Below, in pieces: positions 50,900 through 59,959 of a stretch of 64,000 nucleotides of DNA (the stretch's first letter is position 1; every line of letters starts with the position of its first letter). The stretch is from an uncultured virus (IMG/VR IMGVR_UViG_3300030329_003010). Lineage: Duplodnaviria; Heunggongvirae; Uroviricota; Caudoviricetes. Where the stretch lies: the IMG/VR virus record IMGVR_UViG_3300030329_003010; one strand, given 5' to 3'. The position numbers were made by a program, and so were the translations under genes. The notes beneath the pieces are model-generated. The model had not been told where the DNA came from and made no database searches. It saw only the letters and a program-made list of their open reading frames with translations.

Positions 50900-51112
50900 G
50901 TTTATGCCTCCTCTACAATTATTTCTTCCACATAGTAATCTTTAGCCGGATGTGATTTACCGCCCAAATTTTCACGTTGTTCATCATATAGCCACGCCAT
51001 ATCATATGCGTCTTCTTCTGATTCTGCTTCTACAACAAACGTAAAAGCGACCATCTTTGTTACTTCGTATTCCTTCATATTTATTCCTCACATTCATTCC
51101 TTATAACTCTTT

Positions 51113-51829
51113 TCATAGCGGGTTCGTTAGGCTTTCCTCCACTTTCAAAGAGTATTTGTACGTTTTTTCATCCCAATGATAATCCTCATAAAGACTCATG
51201 TTATCTATCAAATCCGCAACTAATCCATCCATACTTTCTTCGATTTGGTATATTGTGCTTGTGCCTAGCCATGTATCAATAACATATTTGGCCGTCTTTT
51301 TGAGTTGTTGAATTTCATGATAATCGATTCTAGTTATACCATCGTACTTATGAATTTCCTTGATACGGTGCAGCCTCTCGATTTTAGCCTCATCATAGAG
51401 TTCTTCATGTAAACTTTCATTATAGTTTTCATCTTCTGCAAAAACCTTTTCCATTTTAAGATTCTTGTCTGCTTCATCCCTAAGTGAATTATTGGCTTGT
51501 CGTAAAGCCATGTATGCTAAAGCATGGTCACATTCTTCTGCCGATTTCCTAGCGGCATTACAAGTGAAATCTGCTTCGGATAATTTCTCAACAAATTCAA
51601 GAGTGATAGGCCAATAATCTTGTGAAGGCTTAGGGCATTGTATTCTATCATAGAGAGAGAATCGTCTATACGCTTCTTCTATTGAAGTCTGATGTCGAGC
51701 GTCACCGATACTACCTACGCCAGTGACCATACACATTACTCCCATTCCAAACGAAGGAATGAATTCGCGTTGAGCCTCGGTGAACTCTTCAAACTTTTCT
51801 TTATTCTTACATCCTACTCTTAACGGCAT
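51113..51829 (-). CDS. Hypothetical protein
   Basis: About 240-aa ORF; likely start MPLRV after GGAG. Confidence 0.7.
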   Translation of the reverse strand: MPLRVGCKNKEKFEEFTEAQREFIPSFGMGVMCMVTGVGSIGDARHQTSIEEAYRRFSLYDRIQCPKPSQDYWPITLEFVEKLSEADFTCNAARKSAEECDHALAYMALRQANNSLRDEADKNLKMEKVFAEDENYNESLHEELYDEAKIERLHRIKEIHKYDGITRIDYHEIQQLKKTAKYVIDTWLGTSTIYQIEESMDGLVADLIDNMSLYEDYHWDEKTYKYSLKVEESLTNPL

Positions 51830-51830
51830 T

Positions 51831-52037
51831 TTACTCCCCCTCCTCTTCTTCATTTTCCATAGCCACAATCAATTGTTTCATTTCAGAAATTCTCTTCATT
51901 CTACTCCAAACCATATAAGCATTATCGGTCATCGTTTCTAATTCCTCAAGACTATACCTATTCAACAATCTGTTTGGCATCTTTTGTTTCATCCAATACA
52001 TTAATTCGTCTATCCATTTCCATTCAATCGGTTTCAT
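51831..52037 (-). CDS. Hypothetical protein
   Basis: GGAGG RBS. Confidence 0.6.
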   Translation of the reverse strand: MKPIEWKWIDELMYWMKQKMPNRLLNRYSLEELETMTDNAYMVWSRMKRISEMKQLIVAMENEEEEGE

Positions 52038-52038
52038 A

Positions 52039-52497
52039 TCATTCTTCCTCCTGTGTGTTTCCTGTTAAATTGTCCTCTACTTCCGCGCTTATATAGTTTT
52101 CGGTGGCGGGTTCGTTAGGTGTCCAATTGTTTTCTTTGTTCAAATTATAATCGTGTTTATGGCAAAACCAAACCGTACAACCAGCACCGTGCATTTGAAC
52201 CCAACAAGCGACTGATACTCTACTATTAGCATAATCCTGTTTTTCACCTACACTCTCATTCACATTTTCTAAAAATGATTTGAAAGTAGGGAATGTTAAA
52301 TGCAAACTAGGTATATCTTTAGAGTTATAAACACCTGCTATGGCCCTAAAATACTTGAAGTGTTTACCAATCTTTCTTTTTTCTTTTTGTATTAGTTTGG
52401 TTACAAAAACAGGGTCGTCAAACGGACCTTGCCATTTTTCTTCGTTCAAATCTAGTGTGTATGTTATTTTTTCATTCATTTTATTCTTCCTCCTCAA
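52039..52497 (-). CDS. Hypothetical protein
   Basis: ORF track; contains a motif-A promoter near its 3' end. Confidence 0.6.
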   Translation of the reverse strand: MRRKNKMNEKITYTLDLNEEKWQGPFDDPVFVTKLIQKEKRKIGKHFKYFRAIAGVYNSKDIPSLHLTFPTFKSFLENVNESVGEKQDYANSRVSVACWVQMHGAGCTVWFCHKHDYNLNKENNWTPNEPATENYISAEVEDNLTGNTQEEE

Positions 52498-52681
52498 AAT
52501 ATTGTAATATCTTTTTTATTGTATGGTCTGTGAACCTATCTTCCATATGGGCCTTATCAAGGGCGTAAATCAATCTCAATCTTTCGCTAGGTTGTTCTAA
52601 CGCCTTAGTAAAAAGCGATGCTAGTGTATTATACCTATACGATTTCATTTTCATTGTGTTTGCATATTCTTCTAAATCCAT
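52481..52681 (-). CDS. Small protein, paralogue of 53140..53346
   Basis: Shared FTKAL..ERLRLI..LDKAHME..HTIK. Confidence 0.75.
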   Translation of the reverse strand: MDLEEYANTMKMKSYRYNTLASLFTKALEQPSERLRLIYALDKAHMEDRFTDHTIKKILQYFEEEE

Positions 52682-52682
52682 A

Positions 52683-53156
52683 TTACTTCACCTCCAAGCC
52701 GACTATTTCATATCCACTCCATTTAATACAAGCCCTTCTGAAATTATCATCTAAATCGTCAAGGATTGCATAACCATTTTCATCCCTTTCTATAACAAGT
52801 TCTTTGATTTCATCCCACGATAAATCGCTTTCTTTCTGATGCTCTTCTGCTAATGAAACCCAAGGTGGGAATAAACAATTCCGGTCATTATAATTTTGAG
52901 CGCGGTCATCCCATGTATTCCTTTCATAGTCCCATGTCCATTTGTAATTAGGGTCCGATTCTGAATAATGAATGATACCTTTCTTTTCTAAAGACGTAAC
53001 TATCGCTCTCCATTGTTTAGGATTCATGCTACAATATGAAGCCGATACCCACATGACTATACCTGTACCGTCAGTCGTATGGTCTGAACAAACCATGTCC
53101 GTGATAAATTGAAATTCTAGTTTTGTTATTTGTTTCATTTTATTCATCCTCCTCAT
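52683..53156 (-). CDS. Hypothetical protein (wHTH-like N-terminus)
   Basis: MNPKQWRAIVTSLEKKGII. Confidence 0.65.
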   Translation of the reverse strand: MRRMNKMKQITKLEFQFITDMVCSDHTTDGTGIVMWVSASYCSMNPKQWRAIVTSLEKKGIIHYSESDPNYKWTWDYERNTWDDRAQNYNDRNCLFPPWVSLAEEHQKESDLSWDEIKELVIERDENGYAILDDLDDNFRRACIKWSGYEIVGLEVK

Positions 53157-53346
53157 AATATTCTAATATCATTTTAATTGTGTGATTTGAAAACTCACCT
53201 TCCATATGAGCCTTATCAAGAGTGCGAATTAATCTCAATCTTTCCCAAGATTGGTCTAACGCCTTGGTAAAAATCGCGGCCAATTTGTTATACCTAAAAC
53301 TATTCATCTTTCTTCTATGTGCGTGTTCATCTATATCCATATTCAT
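53140..53346 (-). CDS. Small protein, paralogue of 52481..52681
   Basis: See paralogue; GGAGG RBS. Confidence 0.75.
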   Translation of the reverse strand: MNMDIDEHAHRRKMNSFRYNKLAAIFTKALDQSWERLRLIRTLDKAHMEGEFSNHTIKMILEYYEEDE

Positions 53347-53633
53347 TCCTCCTCCAATAATCCCATTACAACCCAATTAGTTTCGTTTGAACCTTCAATC
53401 AAGACGTTACCATCTCCACCGTATTCGCACCATTTCCAATTAGGATAGTGCAATAACATTTTGTGAAAGCATTCTTTGATTGAATCATATTTTTTGATAG
53501 CCTCTCCTAATGTAGCAATCTCATATGATTTATCAGCAACACCTAAACTATAATCCCCATTATCATCTATATGACCATCTTCGGGGCCGTACCAAACAAG
53601 CACATTAAATTCTCTCATTACATATTCACTCAT
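53343..53633 (-). CDS. Hypothetical protein
   Basis: Coupled ORF with GGTGA RBS. Confidence 0.6.
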   Translation of the reverse strand: MSEYVMREFNVLVWYGPEDGHIDDNGDYSLGVADKSYEIATLGEAIKKYDSIKECFHKMLLHYPNWKWCEYGGDGNVLIEGSNETNWVVMGLLEEE

Positions 53634-53796
53634 TCTTCATCACCTTCTCTTGTTTCCGGCATACATTCGGGATGATACCAACGCTTCATTTTATCTCGCT
53701 CCGTTGCTCCAACTTTATCAAAACTGAAATCCTCATAATGTGTAATCGGTTCCCCGCATTTCTTACAGGTGAATGGTGTCCTTCTTAGTCCCATAT

Positions 53797-54084
53797 TTAC
53801 TCCTCTCCTTCTAGGTATTTATAGTTTCCGATAGCGGGTTCGTAAGTTCGTATAATTTGATTCATTTTTCTTAGTATATCAAAAGCATGAATCAATCTAT
53901 CCGTTGCATAATCCATAGCATAATCGTACCCTTCTTCTTCTATCATTCCATCAAGGAAATTATATTGCTCAAGAACTGTTTCACAGACTTCCCAATTGTT
54001 AAGGAAATTCCATTCACCAATCTCAATAGCCAATTCAATCCATCGTTGGTTTTTAGCCAATTCTTCAAAAATTCGCGTTTCCAT
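53797..54084 (-). CDS. Hypothetical acidic protein
   Basis: Coupled ORF. Confidence 0.6.
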   Translation of the reverse strand: METRIFEELAKNQRWIELAIEIGEWNFLNNWEVCETVLEQYNFLDGMIEEEGYDYAMDYATDRLIHAFDILRKMNQIIRTYEPAIGNYKYLEGEE

Positions 54085-54503
54085 TAAGCATCATCTCCTA
54101 GATAAAATTCTTCTTCCAATCCAAATTCTTCTTTCAACATAAATTCTTCTCTCAACATAGTGATTACTCCATCAACAACATCGGGATATTTTTCACTATC
54201 GCGTTTGAAAGTCCAATCAACAATCGGTACGACATCACACCAAGCATCTCCGGTATAATTAACGGCTACTGTTTGTTCATTTCCTGTTTCTTTGTTGAAC
54301 AGTGTTACGTTACAACCCTCAAAATTTTGGGCTTGATACGTCACTTCATCCAAATCAGAAAAGTCAATCGGTCTTACTTCTTCATATCCGTAACCCATCC
54401 AAGTTACCTCAAATCCTCGTTCTCTCATTTCCCAAAAGAAGGCGTATAAATTATCGCCAAACTTAAAGTTACAAATTCTTTCTTTCTTTATTCTTCCTCT
54501 CAT
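54084..54503 (-). CDS. Hypothetical protein
   Basis: Coupled ORF. Confidence 0.65.
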   Translation of the reverse strand: MRGRIKKERICNFKFGDNLYAFFWEMRERGFEVTWMGYGYEEVRPIDFSDLDEVTYQAQNFEGCNVTLFNKETGNEQTVAVNYTGDAWCDVVPIVDWTFKRDSEKYPDVVDGVITMLREEFMLKEEFGLEEEFYLGDDA

Positions 54504-54808
54504 TGTTTCACACTCCTTTTTTCTGCCCTATCGTAAGCATAATCCCATAAATCCTGTACTGAATCCTCTAAGATGTCTCCAGCATTATCATAATAGTCGG
54601 TCCAAACTAATCTTCCTCGACCCAATGATTTTCTGTATAAATCATCTTCTGAAAATCCAACAACAGGTTTGTAAGTTGGCTTCGCCCCAAGATGCGAACC
54701 AGTTTCAACTACACCAATCCAAATAGTAGTATTACTATTTACCGATTGAGGTAAATCATCATTCGCTTCAAAAATTTCTTCTGCTAATTTGTCTATGTTA
54801 TTCGTCAT
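54500..54808 (-). CDS. Hypothetical protein
   Basis: Directly behind a motif-A promoter. Confidence 0.65.
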   Translation of the reverse strand: MTNNIDKLAEEIFEANDDLPQSVNSNTTIWIGVVETGSHLGAKPTYKPVVGFSEDDLYRKSLGRGRLVWTDYYDNAGDILEDSVQDLWDYAYDRAEKRSVKQ

Positions 54809-54862
54809 ATTTAGTCCTCTCCTTTCAACTATTTATACCTTCCGATGGCGGGTCCGTAAGGT

Positions 54863-55204
54863 TTACCAATCCTCCACGATTATACCGATTTGAATTTCTC
54901 TCCAATCCATTATACCACCGGCTACATTCCTATCATAACCCCAAACAGGGATTACAGTGGTGTAGTCCTCAATATCCTCATCATCATCTAGGCCATAGGC
55001 TTCTCGGATTTCATCTTCATCCTCATATTCGGTATATCCACAACAAATTGCGATAGGGTCATATTCAATCTCCTCGCCTATATCGTCTTCTAATTGTTCA
55101 AAGTATTCAAACAAGGCTACTCTTCCCTCATAAGAGAAGTTATCCCCTCGGCCACAAAGCCTAAATCCGTCTATAAATGCGCTTCTAGTAACATGTTCTT
55201 TCAT
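54863..55204 (-). CDS. Acidic early protein
   Basis: FSYEGRVALFEYFEQLEDDIGEEIEYDPIAICCGYTEY. Confidence 0.7.
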   Translation of the reverse strand: MKEHVTRSAFIDGFRLCGRGDNFSYEGRVALFEYFEQLEDDIGEEIEYDPIAICCGYTEYEDEDEIREAYGLDDDEDIEDYTTVIPVWGYDRNVAGGIMDWREIQIGIIVEDW

Positions 55205-55479
55205 TAATAATCACCCTCTTCATAGTATTTTTCAATATGTAATTCTAATTCGTGAATAGCATCGGGATGTATATTCGCTTCATCCTTAGTATAAAGAACC
55301 CCACCAATCATTACTGAATTTTCATGATTCATCGGGTCTTGAAAAACCTCTTCAACATCGGGAGCGTATTCAAGAACCCACTTTTCATATTTTCTTAATC
55401 TACGAACCTGCATCCTAAGATATGCAATATCCTTTACTAATGTTAAAATTTCCTTATTACTCATATTAGTTACCTCCAT
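55204..55479 (-). CDS. Hypothetical protein
   Basis: ORF track. Confidence 0.6.
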   Translation of the reverse strand: MEVTNMSNKEILTLVKDIAYLRMQVRRLRKYEKWVLEYAPDVEEVFQDPMNHENSVMIGGVLYTKDEANIHPDAIHELELHIEKYYEEGDY

Positions 55480-55640
55480 AAAATACCATTACAGGTGAAT
55501 TGCGTTTAATAAATTCCGTTAGGAATGTTGGTTGTGTGTTGCTTTCTTTGCTCATATATACCCATTATCGCCCTACTATATAAACCTGTCGATGGCGGGT
55601 TTGTAAGGTTTTTTCGGCCATATTGTTTTTGTAACCGTAA

Positions 55641-55720
55641 CAAAAAATAAAAAAACTTACGACCCCCTTCTCGGTCCTCCACCGCTACCGGATGAGGGTG
55701 GGCCAAAAAAGGGGCCGTAA
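55641..55720 (-). terminator. Long RNA hairpin followed by a U-tract
   Basis: 18 contiguous pairs (4 G-U) on the minus strand, then UUUUUUUAUUUUUU; downstream of ORF 55734. Confidence 0.6.
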
Positions 55721-55733
55721 AAGGTGAATGTAA

Positions 55734-56027
55734 TTAGTATATAGCGAATCCAATAAAAGGAGTAATCCTTTCATCGGGAAAATTTGTAATATACCAAGCG
55801 CGAGTCATCTTGTCGATTCTTTCTAGCAAATTCATATATCTTGAGCCTACACCGTATTTTATGCCTCGTATTTCTACCCAAAACATATGTCTATCATAAC
55901 AAGCATGGACTATTTCACTAAACTCATCTTTTGTTTTACATTTAGACAATGCTATTCTCACAGTTTTTTCCCAACCATCAAAAGTTCGGGAGTTGTAAAT
56001 GTAATCTACGGGTTTCATCTTACTCAT
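55734..56027 (-). CDS. Hypothetical protein (leaderless, motif-A promoter)
   Basis: ATG about 22 nt after the TATAAATA box. Confidence 0.65.
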   Translation of the reverse strand: MSKMKPVDYIYNSRTFDGWEKTVRIALSKCKTKDEFSEIVHACYDRHMFWVEIRGIKYGVGSRYMNLLERIDKMTRAWYITNFPDERITPFIGFAIY

Positions 56028-56310
56028 ATATACCAATTATCGCTATACTATTTATAGTTTGTGATAGCGGGTTCGTAAGGTGTTTTTGTAACCCTAACTT
56101 TTTATTTTACCAACTTAAATGTTTTTGTAACCCTAACTTTTTGTAGCGGTTTTTTAGGATTTTGTTTTTGTAACCGTAAGTTTCGGCTGGAGAAAGCGGG
56201 TTACAAAAACTGTTTTTGTAACCGGCGCGAGCGAGCAAAAAAAATAGCGCGAAAAAAAACGGGTTACAAAAACTTATAGAAGTCTGTAACAATGCGTTAC
56301 AAAAACTCTC

Positions 56311-56531
56311 TTAGGGTTTCGCTCGGAGTGAGGGATTTACCGACAAACGAAGCGAGGATAGTTGTTCCCTCGTTGGGTATGTAAGAATGGGTTACAAAAA
56401 CTCTCTTATGTTTTTTTGGTTTCCAATGCACGCTCTCGGAGCCAATCCCTCGATACGCTAGAGCAAGGTGCTAAACTCGCCCTTGCGGGAAATCCCGCCT
56501 TTTTGTAAAGCCCCTTTCGGAGCCATTGGAA
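56311..56531 (-). ncRNA. Candidate multi-stem structured RNA
   Basis: Closing stem TTCCAATG/CATTGGAA, GNRA hairpin, further stems, 8-nt long-range complementarity. Confidence 0.4.
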
Positions 56532-56555
56532 TGTGATAGTGGGTTACAAAAACTT

Positions 56556-56996
56556 TTACTTCTTTCTTCTTACGTGATATACTGATGTGACCCTATGCCT
56601 TCGGCCACTTGTCCAGTCATGGATTTGACCTGCTCGGACACACAAAACATGACTTCTAGTGAAAACAATATACACGCCACGTTTCGGGATAATTCCGGCC
56701 CGTTGCATGGCTCCGATGGTCATAGACGAACCGAATTTTTTCCTCCAAAGAGTCGGACTCATTTTATGATTACCTTCAACCGGCTCGGTTACAAAATCTA
56801 AATCCTTCATCGCTCTTAGCATTCTTGATTCACAAAGACCTTTTCGATAACTTCTACCACGAAGGGCGCATTTACCATGAGCAGTTTCATAATTTACGCC
56901 GGTAGCAATCGCAACCGCTTTGACCGTACAATCATTCATTTCGCCCCATTTATCAGAGGCTTTAGACATCTTCTTGAACAATTTTGATTCACTCAT
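56556..56996 (-). CDS. Papain-like / C39-like cysteine peptidase-fold protein (putative)
   Basis: NDCTVKAVAIATG (Cys), SHVLCV (His), IHDW (Asp). Confidence 0.6.
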   Translation of the reverse strand: MSESKLFKKMSKASDKWGEMNDCTVKAVAIATGVNYETAHGKCALRGRSYRKGLCESRMLRAMKDLDFVTEPVEGNHKMSPTLWRKKFGSSMTIGAMQRAGIIPKRGVYIVFTRSHVLCVRAGQIHDWTSGRRHRVTSVYHVRRKK

Positions 56997-57286
56997 ATGG
57001 TTCTACCCTCCAGACCACAGTTTTTACAACGATAACGGAGACTGTATGGAATTCTTTCAAGATGAAGTCTTGAACAACAAAGATAGTTTTCTGCACTCAT
57101 ATTTACTCCTCTCCTTCTTTACTTATAACACTTTCGATAGCGGGTTCGTAAGGTGAATTTCATCCATATAATCATAATCTAAACCTACCATTATATCGCC
57201 CCCTTCAATCTCAAATTTTTGCACTCTCTACATTTGCATTTTGCTGGATTTCCGGCACACATTTCATCTAAAATATCTAGTATCAT

Positions 57287-57478
57287 TCAATAATCATCTC
57301 CATTAAAGCCCAATTTTTCATGAATGAGATATAGAATATAATCTACTTGTTCAAATTCAAAAGGGTGAACACTAACTGTATCGTAATTAACGAATTTTAA
57401 GATTTCACAACATGCATTTTCAAGTCTTGATATTTGCTCATCCGACATTTTTTCTAATTTTCTCTTTATTAAATTCAT
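57287..57478 (-). CDS. Hypothetical protein
   Basis: ORF track. Confidence 0.55.
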   Translation of the reverse strand: MNLIKRKLEKMSDEQISRLENACCEILKFVNYDTVSVHPFEFEQVDYILYLIHEKLGFNGDDY

Positions 57479-57590
57479 GAAGCCACCACCTTTTTAGTTT
57501 TACAATGAGGGCAATTTTTATCTTTACAGGAATCGGGCCAAAGAGTGACCATCAAATCATGACCAATTTTCATTTCGGGTTGTTCGCTCA

Positions 57591-57908
57591 TTAAAATTTC
57601 ACCCCCAACCATTGTTCAATAACATAGTCATCATAAAATTGGCCGGATTGGTCAAAATATTCCCAAGGTAAATTTACGTTATTTTCTGGCGGTATGAAAT
57701 CAGTATAACCTCTATCTTTTAGGAAATTGACTAATAACCAATTTTCTAACTCTTCAAGATTCATTGAATCAAGATACAGTGAATAAAATTTGTACAATTG
57801 AAGTATTCTAGTTTTATATTTCCCAAAATCGACCCATTCCTCTTTCGTGAAATCTTTTTCAAAGGATTTCGCATGAGCAATTTTGTATGGAGTTAATTTA
57901 GTAATCAT
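57591..57908 (-). CDS. Hypothetical protein
   Basis: GGAGG RBS. Confidence 0.6.
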   Translation of the reverse strand: MITKLTPYKIAHAKSFEKDFTKEEWVDFGKYKTRILQLYKFYSLYLDSMNLEELENWLLVNFLKDRGYTDFIPPENNVNLPWEYFDQSGQFYDDYVIEQWLGVKF

Positions 57909-57909
57909 T

Positions 57910-58143
57910 TCAATTCCTCCTCCTCAATAACGGCATCTCGTTCTCATATTCAACGGTTCTTATCATCATTTCAAGAATCATATCTTCATAAGTTCTAGTT
58001 TGAAGTACGATATTTCCATTTTCATCCCTCAATGTCCAATACAATCTTATTTTACCATCGTAAGGATTTTCTAATTCTTCTCGGCAAATTTCAAGACCCA
58101 TACATTCATGTTTAACAATTCGATTTTCATAATTACTGTACAT
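57910..58143 (-). CDS. Hypothetical protein
   Basis: Coupled ORF. Confidence 0.6.
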   Translation of the reverse strand: MYSNYENRIVKHECMGLEICREELENPYDGKIRLYWTLRDENGNIVLQTRTYEDMILEMMIRTVEYENEMPLLRRRN

Positions 58144-58302
58144 TTAATAATCCGCTCCATTAAATCCAAGTTCTGCAATTTCATTCAAAACCCAATCCGA
58201 TAGGGGTGGGTAAGAATTCAATCGCTCCTTTCTTTCATTCAATATTCTTTCAATTTTAGCAATTACCTTGGGGCAACGCTTTGGTAGGCTTCTTCCGCTC
58301 AT
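58144..58302 (-). CDS. 52-aa first gene of the leftward early unit
   Basis: Hand translation; leaderless ATG after motif A and TATA; ends LGFNGADY like ORF 57287 (LGFNGDDY). Confidence 0.55.
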   Translation of the reverse strand: MSGRSLPKRCPKVIAKIERILNERKERLNSYPPLSDWVLNEIAELGFNGADY

Positions 58303-59252
58303 AATCAACAATTAGCAACCTAGTATTTATATATATCGGTAGCGGGTTTGTAAGGTCATACTTATGAAGTTTTTGTAACCCGATAGTTCGGGGGAGGATT
58401 GAATCTTTTCTACTATAAAGTATGACGCGCTCACGCGAGTATAGCGTTTTTGATTTTGTAACCCATTTTTGTAACCTGTTTGAGAGTGATAATATATTTC
58501 AAGTTTTTGTAACCGGATATTTTCTGAACTGTTTTTGTAACCCCGAAAAGACCTACTGCCTCATTCACACTTGCTTTACTCTTTGCACTCGGTTTACTTT
58601 TTACACTAACTTTGTTTTTGTAACCGATGGTTGGGGGTCGATTTTGCTCTCTCTGTGGGGTTACAAAAACACTTTTTGGGTTACAAAAACACGTTTTGGG
58701 TTACAAAGACAGGTTACAAAAACACGCTTTTGTAACCCGAAAATCGTTAGACTGGTCGGCATTTTTTAATCGTCAAAAAATAACTACGATTTGCCCCTAC
58801 TTTATCGAGATTTTAGCACTTTTTTGAATTTCACTTTCAGTTTTTTCTGAAAGTGAACCTGAAAGTGTTTACGTCTAGCGTTTTTTAAATTTTTGTAACT
58901 GTTTTTGTAACCGGTAAAATGTTATTTTTTTGTTTTTGTAACTTGTTTTTGTAACCGACCCTTACTATATATTAATTTAGCAAACATTATATACTATGAA
59001 TGGTTTTTGTAACCGGACCCAAATCGCCAGCATATCGGAGCCGTTTTCTTGAAGCATCCACTTACAAGTATATAAACAATTGGTTTTCGCCCCCCCACCA
59101 TTGTTTTTGTAACCCACAATGTTTTTGTAACCGCGCTGGTGTAAAAAATGCACTAAATTACTAAAAAAAACCTAAAAGGTTACAAAAACAGAAAAAACCT
59201 ACAAATGCACAAATCAACGAACATACTATAAGGGAAGGGGGTATCTCGTAAC

Positions 59253-59720
59253 ATGAGCAAAGAATACGAGCGAGAAAATAAGCCGAAGTGGTGCAAGCCA
59301 TGTAAGAAGACCAAGAGGGGCATCATTGTTGATGATTGCTTCATGTGTGTTGATTGTGCAACCGAAGAGGGTTATACAGTCATCAAGAAAAGCAACGCTA
59401 ACAAGACCTCATTCACATCAAAAACAGGTAAGAAGTCAAGAGCAAAGCAGTTGAATGATATAGACGCTATGCACCGAGCAAATCAAGCCCGAAGGGTCAA
59501 GGCTACCCAAAGAGCAAAGATGGCCGCAGAGAGGCGTAAAATCGCACTTATGGAGGGTATGGTAGGCACTGATGGACTCGCTAACCATTTCCGTATGAAT
59601 GGAGTGTGTAAGTGCTGCAAGGGTCGCCTTCCTGTTTCTCAAGCCGCATATGTTCACCGTGACGCTTTTGTAACCCCGAACAAAGTTCCAACCGTACTAT
59701 GTAGGGGGTGCGTTGAATGA
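59253..59720 (+). CDS. Basic protein with N- and C-terminal Zn fingers; first rightward early gene
   Basis: CKPC/CVDC and CKCC/CRGC; leaderless after TACTATAA. Confidence 0.7.
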   Translation: MSKEYERENKPKWCKPCKKTKRGIIVDDCFMCVDCATEEGYTVIKKSNANKTSFTSKTGKKSRAKQLNDIDAMHRANQARRVKATQRAKMAAERRKIALMEGMVGTDGLANHFRMNGVCKCCKGRLPVSQAAYVHRDAFVTPNKVPTVLCRGCVE

Positions 59721-59959
59721 AAACTCCATTAATTACCCAAGAGGTTTTTGTAACCGAAAAAATTGCTTGGAGAGATTTTGAAAACAAAGACCTTGGTAAA
59801 ATTGTCGTTAAACAAATCACCTACGGGCCGCCCGTAGTTATTGGTTATGTGGTCGAAGATGATGAAGGAATGGAGAAGAAGGTAGTTCACTACAAGAACG
59901 CCAAGAAGTCGATATACAAAGAAGATTCGCCGTCATATTTGAATGAGGTATTCGGATGA
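59717..59959 (+). CDS. Hypothetical protein
   Basis: ATGA overlap; motif B follows the stop. Confidence 0.65.
   Translation: MKTPLITQEVFVTEKIAWRDFENKDLGKIVVKQITYGPPVVIGYVVEDDEGMEKKVVHYKNAKKSIYKEDSPSYLNEVFG

Larger units (their letters stand above)
40805..58355 (-). promoter_or_regulatory. Ten copies of promoter-upstream motif CCTWACRRACCCGCYAYCG, each followed by a TATA box
   Basis: Copies near 40805, 48633, 51114, 52102, 53829, 54843, 55590, 56063, 57135, 58337; all on the minus strand. Confidence 0.85.

Noticed and set aside
40205..54084. Shared C-terminal 'EEE/EGEE' tails as a protein targeting signal
   Set aside because: Explained by the GAGGAGGA ribosome-binding site of the next, translationally coupled gene overlapping the last codons
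35838..56531. tRNA genes in the GC-rich intergenic islands (35838-35934, 55657-55720, 56421-56531)
   Set aside because: No T-loop GTTCRA and no cloverleaf spacing; no tRNA was recognised anywhere in the window
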